A stretch of 64,000 nucleotides of DNA from an uncultured Pseudomonadota bacterium (GTDB lineage Bacteria; Myxococcota_A; Polyangia; Fen-1088): positions 1 through 64,000 of the forward strand of contig CAWKBC010000030.1 in assembly GCA_963847705.1 (NCBI GenBank), given 5' to 3'. Shown in pieces: positions 11,462 through 20,601 of the stretch. Below the pieces are notes generated by a model. The model made no database searches. It saw nothing but the letters and a program-made list of their open reading frames with translations, and was not told where the DNA came from. The position numbers were made by a program, and so were the translations under genes. How positions within the stretch are numbered: the stretch's first letter is position 1; each line of letters begins with the position of its first letter.

Positions 11462-12472
11462 GTGACCTATCGATTCCATCCCCTTCGAGCCGTGGCGCCT
11501 TTCACGCGATGCCTGACTCTGGCGACGCTGGTCGTGGGTGTGCTCGCCCCGAGAGCAGCATCCGCGGTGCAGAGCGCCGAGCTCTACCGGACCGACGCCT
11601 ACTTCTATGGCCGCTTCGAAGCGCGCCTGCAGTTCGCCCCCGGTGAAGGGGTCGTCAGCTCGTTCTTCCTCTGGAAGGATGGATCGTCGTCGACGACGTC
11701 CTGGAACGAGCTCGACTTCGAGAAGATCAACGCCGCCTGTCGCCTGCAGACCAATATCTGGACCGGGACGGGGACCCAGAGCGCGGAGATCGATACCCCG
11801 ACGTTCAACATCTGCGACGGGTACCACACCTACGCCTTCGAGTGGACGCCGGACTACATCGCCTGGTTCATCGACGGCACTCAGATCCGGAAGGTGACGG
11901 GTGCCAGCGTGGACGATTACACGCAGAACGCGTCTCAAGGGATGTCGATGCACTTCAACGTCTGGGTGGGGAACTCGAGCTTCGGCGGCACCCTCGATCC
12001 CTCCATCCTGCCCGTGAACGAATACATCAGCTGGGCCCAGTACTCGTCCTACGCCAACGGCGCGTTCCAGCTCCAATGGCGCGAGGAGTTCGACGGCGCG
12101 ACCATGCCGACCGGCTGGGCTGCAGGGACCTGGGCGTCGGCGTACAACCTCTCGACGCACAATCCGGCCAACGTGAGCTTCGTGGACGGGATCGCCGTTC
12201 TGTCGATGACCGCCGACAGTGCGACCGGCTACTCAGGAGCTCCCCCGGCGGACTCCTCCGACGGCGGCGTGATCTATAGCGACGGCGGCGGAACAGGCGG
12301 CGGCGGCGGCCAGGCGGGATCTCCCGGGCAAGCGGGAGGCGGCAGCGGCTGCTCGTGCGACGCCAGCTTGGCCACGAGCGGCGGGCCGGCGGCCGCGCTG
12401 CTGTTGCTGGCGGCGATGGTGGGCGCCGCCCGCCGCCGACGCGGACGCCGGGCACCTCGCGATCTGACGTGA
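11462..12472 (+). CDS. GH16 beta-glucanase/lichenase-like protein with MYXO-CTERM-like tail
   Basis: YGRFEARL, catalytic WNELDFE (ExDxE), YHTYAFEWTPD; ends SGCSC-AAALLLLAAMVGAA-RRRR. Start uncertain (11438 or 11462). Confidence 0.85.
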   Translation: MTYRFHPLRAVAPFTRCLTLATLVVGVLAPRAASAVQSAELYRTDAYFYGRFEARLQFAPGEGVVSSFFLWKDGSSSTTSWNELDFEKINAACRLQTNIWTGTGTQSAEIDTPTFNICDGYHTYAFEWTPDYIAWFIDGTQIRKVTGASVDDYTQNASQGMSMHFNVWVGNSSFGGTLDPSILPVNEYISWAQYSSYANGAFQLQWREEFDGATMPTGWAAGTWASAYNLSTHNPANVSFVDGIAVLSMTADSATGYSGAPPADSSDGGVIYSDGGGTGGGGGQAGSPGQAGGGSGCSCDASLATSGGPAAALLLLAAMVGAARRRRGRRAPRDLT

Positions 12473-12541
12473 CGCGCCTTCGCTGACCGAGCGCCCTTCT
12501 TTCTGCTGGTCACAGAGAGAGACGCTCCGACAGTAGGAGGC

Positions 12542-14038
12542 ATGCGCTTCAACGCTCTCAATTCATCGATTCGGGGAACCGCACCCCGGGTGCTGGCCCT
12601 GTTCTTCGCCGCGGGCATGGGCTGCTCGACCGGGAGCACTTCATCTTCTTCGGGAGGGAGCAGCGGCGGCACATCGGGAACTGAGGGCGTCTCGGAGAGC
12701 GGGGGAGCCACGGGGACTGGCGGAACGGAGGCCGCCGGTGGCTCGCGCGGCAGCGGCGGCGCGACCTCCACGGGCGGCCAGCCGGGGAGCGGCGGTTCGG
12801 TCGGCAGCGGCGGTCAATCCGCTTCGGCCGGCGCGACGGGGTCCGGCGGCGCAGCAGGAGCGGGCGGCGCGACGGGCAGCGGTGGTCGGTCCGCTTCAGG
12901 TGGCGCGACCGGTTCGGGCGGCGGAGCCGGAGCGGCTGGCGCGACGGGCAGCGGGGGTCGGTCCGCTTCAGGGGGCGCGACAGGCTCCGGCGGGGCCGGG
13001 GGCAACGCGGGAGCCGGTGGGGCAGCCGGCGACGCTTGCCCGTCGGGGGGAGCGGCGAACAGCACCGTCACCATCAACAACACCGGGTCCTGGAACGACA
13101 GCACGGGCAAACATATCCAGGCCCACGGGGGCGGGTTCCTGAAGGTCTGCGACACCTGGTACTGGTTCGGCGAAGACAAGACCCTGAACACCAACGGCAC
13201 GGGCAACTTCCACGCCATCAGCTGCTACGCCTCCAAGGACCTGGTGACTTGGGAGCACCGCAACTCGGTCGTCACCACCAGCACCAACTCTGTCCTCAAC
13301 AACCCGAACCTGATCATCGAACGGCCCAAGGTCATCTATAACGCCTCCACCCACCTCTACGTGATGTGGGCCCACTGGGACATGGAGTCCTGCTCCGGGG
13401 CGAGCGGCAGCTATTGCGACTCCGAGGCCGTCGTCTTCACCAGCCCCACGGTGGACGGAAACTATACCTACGTGAACCACTTCCAGCCTGGCAGCGACGG
13501 TTCGCGCGACTGCACGCTCTGGCAGGAGCCTGATGGCACCGCCTATTTCGTATCGACCGGAGGCCCGGGCGGGAACGCCGCGGGAGATTTTCACGACACC
13601 GAGGTCTATCAACTCTCGAGCGACTATCTGAAGGTGCAGAACACCACGAAGATTTGGGCTTCCGACACCCGCGAGGCCTACGCGTTCTGGAAGGCCGACG
13701 GAAAGTACTACGGCATCAGCTCGGCGCAGACCGGGTGGGCTCCGAATCAGGCGGCCTACTTGACCTCCACCGGCTCGATCGTCGGGCCCTGGAACAACAG
13801 CTTCAGCCCGGTCGGCTCGGGCAGCTCGACCTGGAGCTCTCAGCCCACCTTCGTGATTCCGATCGTGGGCAGCCAGACGACGACCTACATCTACGCAGCC
13901 GACATCTGGAACCCCAACAACCTGAGCCTCTCGACCTACCTCTGGCTGCCGTTCACCTTCGACGGCACCAAGTGGAACCTGAGCTACTCCGCGCAATGGT
14001 CCATCAACCTCGCCACAGGTGTCGTGTCGACCAATTAG
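12542..14038 (+). CDS. GH43 (subfamily-24-like, exo-beta-1,3-galactanase type) lipoprotein with Gly-rich stalk
   Basis: AGGAGG RBS; lipobox GMGC; IQAHGGG, WYWFGE, IERPKVIYN, SRDCTL, REA, TGWAPN. Confidence 0.8.
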   Translation: MRFNALNSSIRGTAPRVLALFFAAGMGCSTGSTSSSSGGSSGGTSGTEGVSESGGATGTGGTEAAGGSRGSGGATSTGGQPGSGGSVGSGGQSASAGATGSGGAAGAGGATGSGGRSASGGATGSGGGAGAAGATGSGGRSASGGATGSGGAGGNAGAGGAAGDACPSGGAANSTVTINNTGSWNDSTGKHIQAHGGGFLKVCDTWYWFGEDKTLNTNGTGNFHAISCYASKDLVTWEHRNSVVTTSTNSVLNNPNLIIERPKVIYNASTHLYVMWAHWDMESCSGASGSYCDSEAVVFTSPTVDGNYTYVNHFQPGSDGSRDCTLWQEPDGTAYFVSTGGPGGNAAGDFHDTEVYQLSSDYLKVQNTTKIWASDTREAYAFWKADGKYYGISSAQTGWAPNQAAYLTSTGSIVGPWNNSFSPVGSGSSTWSSQPTFVIPIVGSQTTTYIYAADIWNPNNLSLSTYLWLPFTFDGTKWNLSYSAQWSINLATGVVSTN

Positions 14039-14071
14039 CGGAGCGCGTTTGCGGTCGAGGCGCGTCGCTCG

Positions 14072-15361
14072 CTATTTCGTGGTCACCGTTGCAGTCGTGA
14101 AGGTGATGCTCCCGGTGCCGCCTCCGCCCACCTCCACGAGAATCTTGGCCTCCTCCATTTTTCCGAGGGTCAGCCCCAGACTGGCCCACTCTTTGTAGTG
14201 CTCGGTAATGGAGATGTGTCCGCACTGGCGAGCGGTCTGCCGGATGCTGTAGAACTGCGGAAACGTGGCGTTGGCGCCGGTGACGGATGGTTGGTTCACC
14301 TGCGTGTGCTGATAGATGTCGTAGGTGCCTCCATCCACTGTAAATGTCCCCATCTTGGTGCCACCGTCAGCGCTGGGCGGCGAGCCATACCAGTCCTCGA
14401 CGATGTAGTACTCGACGATCGGGTTCACCGACCATCCGTAGATCCCGATGAATGAGTAGCCGGCGCTTCCCGTCTTGGTGTGCGCGAAGTCGGCCGAAAC
14501 GGTTCCCAGCTGGTCGAAGGTCTGGGTCGAGCTCCATGTCAGGCCGACGCGGGACAGGAAGTCGTCAGGATTGTTCCAGGTGGCGCTGAACTTGGCGTCG
14601 ACGCCGGCGACGGTCATGGATCCCGATCCCCCACTGAACCACAATTGATAAGAGTAGCCGTTGCCTGCGTTGCCAACGCTGTTCGAGCTGTATTGCTGAC
14701 CACCGCTCCAGGGAGAACCCGGCGTGCAGGCGCTCGCCGTGCCGCCCGTCCCCGTGTTGCCGCCCGTGTTGGCGCCGCCGCTTCCGGGATTGCCGCCCGT
14801 TCCAGATTGACCACCCTTCCCAGAGCTCCCCGCTGCGCTCGACCCTCCCCGGCCACCGGAAGCGCCGGCCGTACCGCCGGTCCCGGTCGATCCCCCTGAC
14901 GCGGTCGACCCGCCCGCACCGGAGCCAGCGCGACCCCCGGCGGATCCACTGCTGCCAACGCTGCCGCCGCTGGGCGAGCCGTCGCTCCCGCCGGTCGATC
15001 CGCCGCTCCCGCCGCCGCTCCCGCCGCCGCTCCCGCCGCCGCTGCCGCCGCTGGGCGAGCCGTCGCTCCCGCCGGTCGATCCGCCGCTCCCGCCGCCGCT
15101 CCCGCCGCCGCCGGACGAGCCGCCACGCGAACCTCCGGCGCCTCCGCCGGAACCGCCGGCCGCACCGCCGGATGCGGAGGCTCCCGTGCCGGAAAGGCCG
15201 GTGCCGGTCGCGCCCGACGCGCCTCCTCCCTGGCCGCCGGTACCGCCATTGTCGGACGTTGGCGAGGCGCAGCTCCAGAGCAGCACGGCGACCGCCAGGG
15301 CCGCCCACCATCCCGACTGAACGGGCCTCGACGTCGGATGCCTTTCGTGGCGCGTCGTCAT
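14072..15361 (-). CDS. GH11 endo-1,4-beta-xylanase lipoprotein with Gly-rich stalk
   Basis: Lipobox LWSC; YGWSVNPIVEYYIVEDW, DGGTYDIY, TFPQFYSIRQ, second catalytic Glu in ILVE. Confidence 0.9.
   Translation of the reverse strand: MTTRHERHPTSRPVQSGWWAALAVAVLLWSCASPTSDNGGTGGQGGGASGATGTGLSGTGASASGGAAGGSGGGAGGSRGGSSGGGGSGGGSGGSTGGSDGSPSGGSGGGSGGGSGGGSGGSTGGSDGSPSGGSVGSSGSAGGRAGSGAGGSTASGGSTGTGGTAGASGGRGGSSAAGSSGKGGQSGTGGNPGSGGANTGGNTGTGGTASACTPGSPWSGGQQYSSNSVGNAGNGYSYQLWFSGGSGSMTVAGVDAKFSATWNNPDDFLSRVGLTWSSTQTFDQLGTVSADFAHTKTGSAGYSFIGIYGWSVNPIVEYYIVEDWYGSPPSADGGTKMGTFTVDGGTYDIYQHTQVNQPSVTGANATFPQFYSIRQTARQCGHISITEHYKEWASLGLTLGKMEEAKILVEVGGGGTGSITFTTATVTTK
14961..15111. repeat. 81-bp-period tandem duplication in the GH11 linker
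   Basis: ctgccgccgctgggcgagccgtcgctcccgccggtcgatccgccgctccc at 14961 and 15042; encodes GGSGGSTGGSDGSPSGGS twice. Confidence 0.85.
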
Positions 15362-15484
15362 TGGCTGGAGCTATAGCCTTCGAGCGCGAGAGGCGTCTTC
15401 GCAGTTTGTGACTGCGGCCCTGTTCCGACCCTCGGTCACGAAATGCGAAGATCGCGTCCGACGCGCGCTTCGGGCTGAGGTTCG

Positions 15485-16423
15485 CTAGAGGGGTGCCAGT
15501 TGGCGCTGTCCGTCGGAGAGGCTCGACAACGCTCCGGGCTCGAACGAATCGTGGTCGTCGACCACCAGGAGTTGAGAGCGACGGCGGCCGGAACCGAGGT
15601 AATCGCGGGGCCGGGAGCCCGAGACCCGACTGAACGTCCGGTGAAACTGCGAGTAGCTTCCGAAGCCGGCGGCCAGCGCCGCCTCGAGAAAGTTGTTCCC
15701 CTTGTCCTGGACCAGCGCCAGGAAGTGCGCGACGCGGGTGCGCGCGCGGTGTTCGACGAAGGTGACGCCCAGATCCTTGTGAACGGCACGGGAGAGGAAG
15801 CCTTCGCTGACACCCAGCTCTGCGGCCGCCGCGGCTCGACTCATCGTCGGCGAGGCCAGAAGGAGACATGAGGCGAGCTGGCCGACCGAGCTCCGCCTCT
15901 GCGTTTCGGCGTTTCCCAGGGTCGTCCTCAACCCCAGCAGGCCGAAGGCCATCAGCCCGGAACGCGCTTCATGGGGGAGCTTCGCCGCCCAGACACTGGC
16001 TGCTAGCTCGTCGAGCAACTCGGCGACCTCGGCAGAGACGTCGACCGCCGGCCTGCCGGCCAGCTGCTCACCCAGCGTGAGGGACCAAGACTCGAACGGT
16101 GCGTGGTCCCCCGCCGGTCCGCCCGCGTTGATCGTGGTCCAACAATGGTCCACCAGGGCGGAGTCGAGCTCCACGACCCACATGTCGAAGTCCGGAGAGA
16201 AGTTGCCCATCACGTGGGGCACGCCAGGGAGAATCCAGCACAGCTGGCCGGCACGGACGACCTGGGTCTGCGTCGCGAGGTGGAGCGTCGCGCTGCCACG
16301 CCGGATCAGCAGACACTCGAGCTGGCCGTGAAAATGGGGCGGGCGGAGATAACGCCGGTCGAACGGCCACACCGCGCCTTCGCGAAGCGAGTCGTAGATC
16401 AACTCTTGCAGGACCACCTGCAT
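15485..16423 (-). CDS. AraC-family transcriptional regulator
   Basis: N-terminal cupin (HFHGQLE...PGVPH) and C-terminal double HTH (LGVSEGFLSR...AGFGSYSQFHRTF). Confidence 0.9.
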   Translation of the reverse strand: MQVVLQELIYDSLREGAVWPFDRRYLRPPHFHGQLECLLIRRGSATLHLATQTQVVRAGQLCWILPGVPHVMGNFSPDFDMWVVELDSALVDHCWTTINAGGPAGDHAPFESWSLTLGEQLAGRPAVDVSAEVAELLDELAASVWAAKLPHEARSGLMAFGLLGLRTTLGNAETQRRSSVGQLASCLLLASPTMSRAAAAAELGVSEGFLSRAVHKDLGVTFVEHRARTRVAHFLALVQDKGNNFLEAALAAGFGSYSQFHRTFSRVSGSRPRDYLGSGRRRSQLLVVDDHDSFEPGALSSLSDGQRQLAPL

Positions 16424-16781
16424 GCCTATTTCCCTCGGGCGCCGGCCTGGCGACGGAGGCCATGGCGGCGGACGCCGTCGGATTCCGTCGGGCTGCCGGA
16501 GCGCACCGCCCCGATACTACCGCCGAACCCCCTTGTCGGAGCGATCGTCCGCCGCGCTGTTCAAGCTGATGCTCCCGAATTTGACGCGGCGGCGCCCGAC
16601 ATCTCGGCTCCCGCGACGACGAGGATGTTCCGAAGCCTCGCGGTCAGGGGGGCGCCGTTTTCCAAACACAATTCTCCGGGATCGGACAATTGTCGGTATG
16701 CCAGCTCGCAACCAGGCGCCCGCGCTCCTCGGTCCGTCTCCGAGCGACCAGCCAAATACCAAACCGTGGCGCAGAGAGTCC

Positions 16782-17939
16782 GTGCGCTCGAATTCAGCGC
16801 GACGGGGCCTTTCGGTTTGGATCAGCCTCTCTTGTTTCCTGCTCCTGGCGGCCTGCAGCTCCGGTGAGTCGGCGTTGGACGACGGCGGGAGCGGTGGCAG
16901 CCCCGGCGCCGGCGGCAAGGCAACCACGGGCGGATCCGCCGGCGGTGGGTACGGGGGAACGCCCGGGCGCGGAGGCGGGCCCGGGGACGCCGGTGCCACG
17001 GGCGGCCTCGCGGGGGCAAACGGCAGCGGCGAAGCAGGCCACGGCGCGGGAGGGCAAGCTGGCGGTACACTCGGAGCCGGCGGCTCCGGCGGGAGGGTGA
17101 CCGGCCAGGCAGGAAGCGGTGGGCTGGCGGGCGCGGCCGGCGGCCACGCCGGAGGCGGTGGCTCCGCTGGCGCAGCGGGCGGCCGCACCGGGACCGCGGG
17201 GGTCGGCGGCCTTCCGGGGAGTGGCGGCTCGTCGGGCTCCGGCGGCATGGGCGGCCTTGGCCCCGAAGCGCCGGGGGGACGGGTGACTGGCTATGGCACG
17301 GTCCTCATCTCCTCCAGCGCGAAGAATCAGATCGTCCGGTTACAGACGACGCTCGTGGTTCCGGCGGAGCCGCCCCCCTCCGGAACGTTGTTCCTGTGGC
17401 CCGGCCTTCAGCCGGACGGGACCAACTACGATCCGATCGACAATGGCGTCCTCCAACCGGTTCTGACCTGGGGGCCGTCGTGCGCACCCGGGAAACAGCC
17501 GCGCGCCTACTCGACCTGGTGGATCTCGGGCCAGTACGTCAATACGAACGGCAGCGATCCGGGATACACCGGCTGCCAGGGCGGGCCCGTCATGGCCGTC
17601 GAGGTCGGAGATACATTGAACATCGACATGGCCCTGGCGGGAACGATCTGGACCCAGACGGTGACCGACGCCCAGACTGGCCAGTCGGTCGCCTACAGCA
17701 TCGACATGATGAATCAGTCCCAGAACCTGGCCTACTTCGTGATCGAGGAGTACTCGTCCGCTCCCGTCTCCGAGGTGATCTTCACCGACAACACGATCAT
17801 GTTCGGCTCGGCGGACGGCGCCGACTGCAAGCTGACCATGCGCGGCGAGAACGACTATGTCTCCGTGCCCGTCCCGTCGAGCGACGGGCGTTCCTGTGCG
17901 ATCCAGGAGATCATCCTCCGCGCGGAAGGGATTCAATGA
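16782..17939 (+). CDS. Gly-stalked lipoprotein with a G1 glutamic-peptidase-like beta-sandwich domain
   Basis: Lipobox LLAAC; LVVP...LWPGL...VLQP...VGDTL...TDAQTGQS...FVIEE...VIFTD follows the G1 motif order. Start uncertain (16698 or 16782). Confidence 0.5.
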   Translation: MRSNSARRGLSVWISLSCFLLLAACSSGESALDDGGSGGSPGAGGKATTGGSAGGGYGGTPGRGGGPGDAGATGGLAGANGSGEAGHGAGGQAGGTLGAGGSGGRVTGQAGSGGLAGAAGGHAGGGGSAGAAGGRTGTAGVGGLPGSGGSSGSGGMGGLGPEAPGGRVTGYGTVLISSSAKNQIVRLQTTLVVPAEPPPSGTLFLWPGLQPDGTNYDPIDNGVLQPVLTWGPSCAPGKQPRAYSTWWISGQYVNTNGSDPGYTGCQGGPVMAVEVGDTLNIDMALAGTIWTQTVTDAQTGQSVAYSIDMMNQSQNLAYFVIEEYSSAPVSEVIFTDNTIMFGSADGADCKLTMRGENDYVSVPVPSSDGRSCAIQEIILRAEGIQ

Positions 17940-18023
17940 TCGACACCCGGGAGGGCGCCGGTCGGTGCCCCGACGGGGCCCCCAGGCTGACCGAGTCCCG
18001 CACCGGGACTGCCGTGGCCGTTC

Positions 18024-18575
18024 TCAAGGCGTACGCGCGTCGGCAAACCCTTCGATGGCGGCCAGTCGAGCCCGAAATTCGTTGCGCGCGCATCGCAACC
18101 GCGAGGCGACCGTGCCGCGCGGGATGCCCAGCACGTCTGCAACCTCAGTCACGCTCATTTCTTCGAGCGCGTGCAGCGCGAAGGTCTTTCGCCAGGTCAC
18201 GTTCATCTGACCGATGACGCTGTTGAGAAGGTCACGCGTCATCTTCTGATCGGTGAGTGCCTCCGGCGTGGCGAGGCGTTCGACCTGTTCGGCAGCCTGG
18301 TCCGAGTCCACCTCCCGTCGTCGGGCCACCTTGCGCTTGGCGTGCGCCGCCAGATTGAGCGCGATCCGGAAGAGGAAGCCCTTCTCGGCACCCGGGCGAA
18401 TTTCATCCAGGCGACGTGCCGCCACGATGAAGGTTCGCTGGACCTCGTCGTCGATCTCGGCGCGCGGCGTCCCCGCCCTTCGCAGCACACGCGTCACGAA
18501 GGCAACATGCAAGTCGACGAGCGCCCGGACCCGGAGATCCGCAGGCGAGACCAGAGGCCGCGAAAGGTGATTCAA
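18024..18575 (-). CDS. ECF RNA polymerase sigma factor
   Basis: FVTRVLRRAG..DDEVQRTF, FLFRIA, EVADVLGIPRGTVASRLR; start approximate. Confidence 0.85.
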   Translation of the reverse strand: MNHLSRPLVSPADLRVRALVDLHVAFVTRVLRRAGTPRAEIDDEVQRTFIVAARRLDEIRPGAEKGFLFRIALNLAAHAKRKVARRREVDSDQAAEQVERLATPEALTDQKMTRDLLNSVIGQMNVTWRKTFALHALEEMSVTEVADVLGIPRGTVASRLRCARNEFRARLAAIEGFADARTP

Positions 18576-18903
18576 GGAGAGCGGAAATGATGACCAAACG
18601 CCACCGGCCTGCCAATCGGCCGATCGGCCTATGGCGCGGCGCCGTGGGGCCGAACTGGTTCGCCGACACGTCAAACGGCCTGGCGATGGTCCGTGCCGGC
18701 GAGTCGAGCGCCGAACCCACACTGGTGATTGCCAGCAGCTGGCCGCTCGGCAGCTCGTAGAGCTTCGGACACCCGATCTGGCCTGCCGACGCGTCGCCGG
18801 AGACCGGATCGGAGAACGTCGCCCCGTTGTTGGACGACCAGCGCATCTCCATGAAGGAGTTGCCGCTGACGTCGAGATGCGAGGACGGCGCAGAAATGGG
18901 AAG

Positions 18904-20508
18904 ATGGTGGCCATGTGGAGGGGGTCAGCGGCGTGGCGTGCCTGGATCGGTCTCCCCGTTCTGCTCGCGACGATCGGGTGCGGCAGCTCGGGCGGAAAAC
19001 TGACCGGCACCGGTGGGACAGGCGCCGGCGTGGGCGCTCAGGCCGGCGGAAGCTCGCCGACCACCACCGAGACCTTCACCTTCCGACAGATGGTCGACAA
19101 CAAGGTCGACATCCTGTTCGTGCTCGACAACGGGTCGTCGAGCACCGAGTGGCAGCAGAAGCTCTCCAACCAGATTCCGACCTTCATCGACGTGCTGAAG
19201 GGTGCACCCACGCCGCTGGACCTCCACATCGCCCTCATCACGACCGACATGGGCGCGCCGAGCGACGTGACGTCGTCGCTCGGGTGCGCCACGCAAGGAG
19301 ACGACGGCGCGTTCCAGAGCGCGCCGCGCGGGACCTGCACGACCTCGCCGCTGGCGAACGGCGCGACCTACTTCGCCGACGATGGCCAGGGCACGACCAA
19401 CTTCACGGGCTCGCTCGCCACGGACCTCCAGTGCTTCATTCCCATCGGCCACTCGGGGTGTGGCTTCGAGCAACCGCTGGCCGCCGCCGCGCACGCGCTC
19501 GGCGCCGACAACATCGTGGCGGGCGTGCCGGCGCCGCCGACCACCAATGCCGGCTTCCTGCGCCCCGACGCCTACCTGGCTGTCATCTTCCTCGACAACC
19601 AGGACGACTGCTCGACCCCCGCGAACACGACGCTCTTCTCGCTCAACGGCAGCGAGCAGAACGTGGCCAACCCGCTCGGCCCGATCGCTCAGTATCGCTG
19701 CAACCAGTACGGCCACCTCTGCCAGGACCCAGCGGCGAGCAACCCGCAGGCGTTCATCATGCCGCCGCTCACGCCGCCCGCGGACGCCCAAGGAAGCACC
19801 ACCGCGCCCACGCTCAATCTCACCGGCTGCAAGGACAACGACCAGGGGACCGGCCTCCTCATCCCGGTGAGCCAGTTCGTCACCGACATCCGGGCACTCA
19901 AGACCGGCCCGGACAACCAGATCCTGATCGGAGCGATCGTCTCGCCCGCAACGCCGTACGCAGTCGCCTGGGTCCCGGAGAGCGGCGGGCAGAACACCCA
20001 GCCCGGCGAGCTGTGGCCGGAGGTCATGCATTCCTGCGGCGCCAAGGGGGGCGACGACGTCAACCCCGAGTCAACGATGTTCACCAGCGACGGCAGCGCC
20101 GGCGACCCAACCGTGAGGCTGACCCAATTCGTGACCACCTTCCAGCAGTCCGTGCTCGCCTCGCTCTGCGACGCCAGCTATGCCGCCAGCATGCAGGCGA
20201 TGGCCACGAAGATCGGCCAGCTCCCGAGCCCACCCTGCTTCACCGGCACCATCCAGAACAACGCCAAGGGCGAACCGAGCTGCACGGTCACTGCCGTGGT
20301 CCAGGAGGCGAGCGGCACGAGCAAGACCGAAAGCTATCCCAGTTGCTCGGACGCGGGGGACGCCGCGCCCTGCTTCTCGATCGTTCCGGCCACCGGCGGG
20401 TGCGTGGGCTCGTCGGTGGTGACCATGGACGCCGCGACAGCCCCGAGCACGTCGGTCACCGTGAGCTGCCAGATCTGTAAACCCGGGGTCTCGGCCTCGG
20501 GCTGCTGA
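18904..20508 (+). CDS. Cys-rich vWA-like lipoprotein (CglB-like superfamily)
   Basis: Lipobox TIGC; KVDILFVLDNGSS, HIALITTD, GCGFEQPL, GFLRPDAYLAVIFL..QDDCS. MIDAS DxSxS is altered to DNGSS. Confidence 0.7.
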   Translation: MVAMWRGSAAWRAWIGLPVLLATIGCGSSGGKLTGTGGTGAGVGAQAGGSSPTTTETFTFRQMVDNKVDILFVLDNGSSSTEWQQKLSNQIPTFIDVLKGAPTPLDLHIALITTDMGAPSDVTSSLGCATQGDDGAFQSAPRGTCTTSPLANGATYFADDGQGTTNFTGSLATDLQCFIPIGHSGCGFEQPLAAAAHALGADNIVAGVPAPPTTNAGFLRPDAYLAVIFLDNQDDCSTPANTTLFSLNGSEQNVANPLGPIAQYRCNQYGHLCQDPAASNPQAFIMPPLTPPADAQGSTTAPTLNLTGCKDNDQGTGLLIPVSQFVTDIRALKTGPDNQILIGAIVSPATPYAVAWVPESGGQNTQPGELWPEVMHSCGAKGGDDVNPESTMFTSDGSAGDPTVRLTQFVTTFQQSVLASLCDASYAASMQAMATKIGQLPSPPCFTGTIQNNAKGEPSCTVTAVVQEASGTSKTESYPSCSDAGDAAPCFSIVPATGGCVGSSVVTMDAATAPSTSVTVSCQICKPGVSASGC

Positions 20509-20601
20509 TCGCGCGAGACGTCCATGCTGAAGCCCCCTTCGTCGACCGGCACGAAGCGCGCGATTCCTCGTTTAGCTTTTGCAATTCCGGGTTGGGCGGC
20601 A

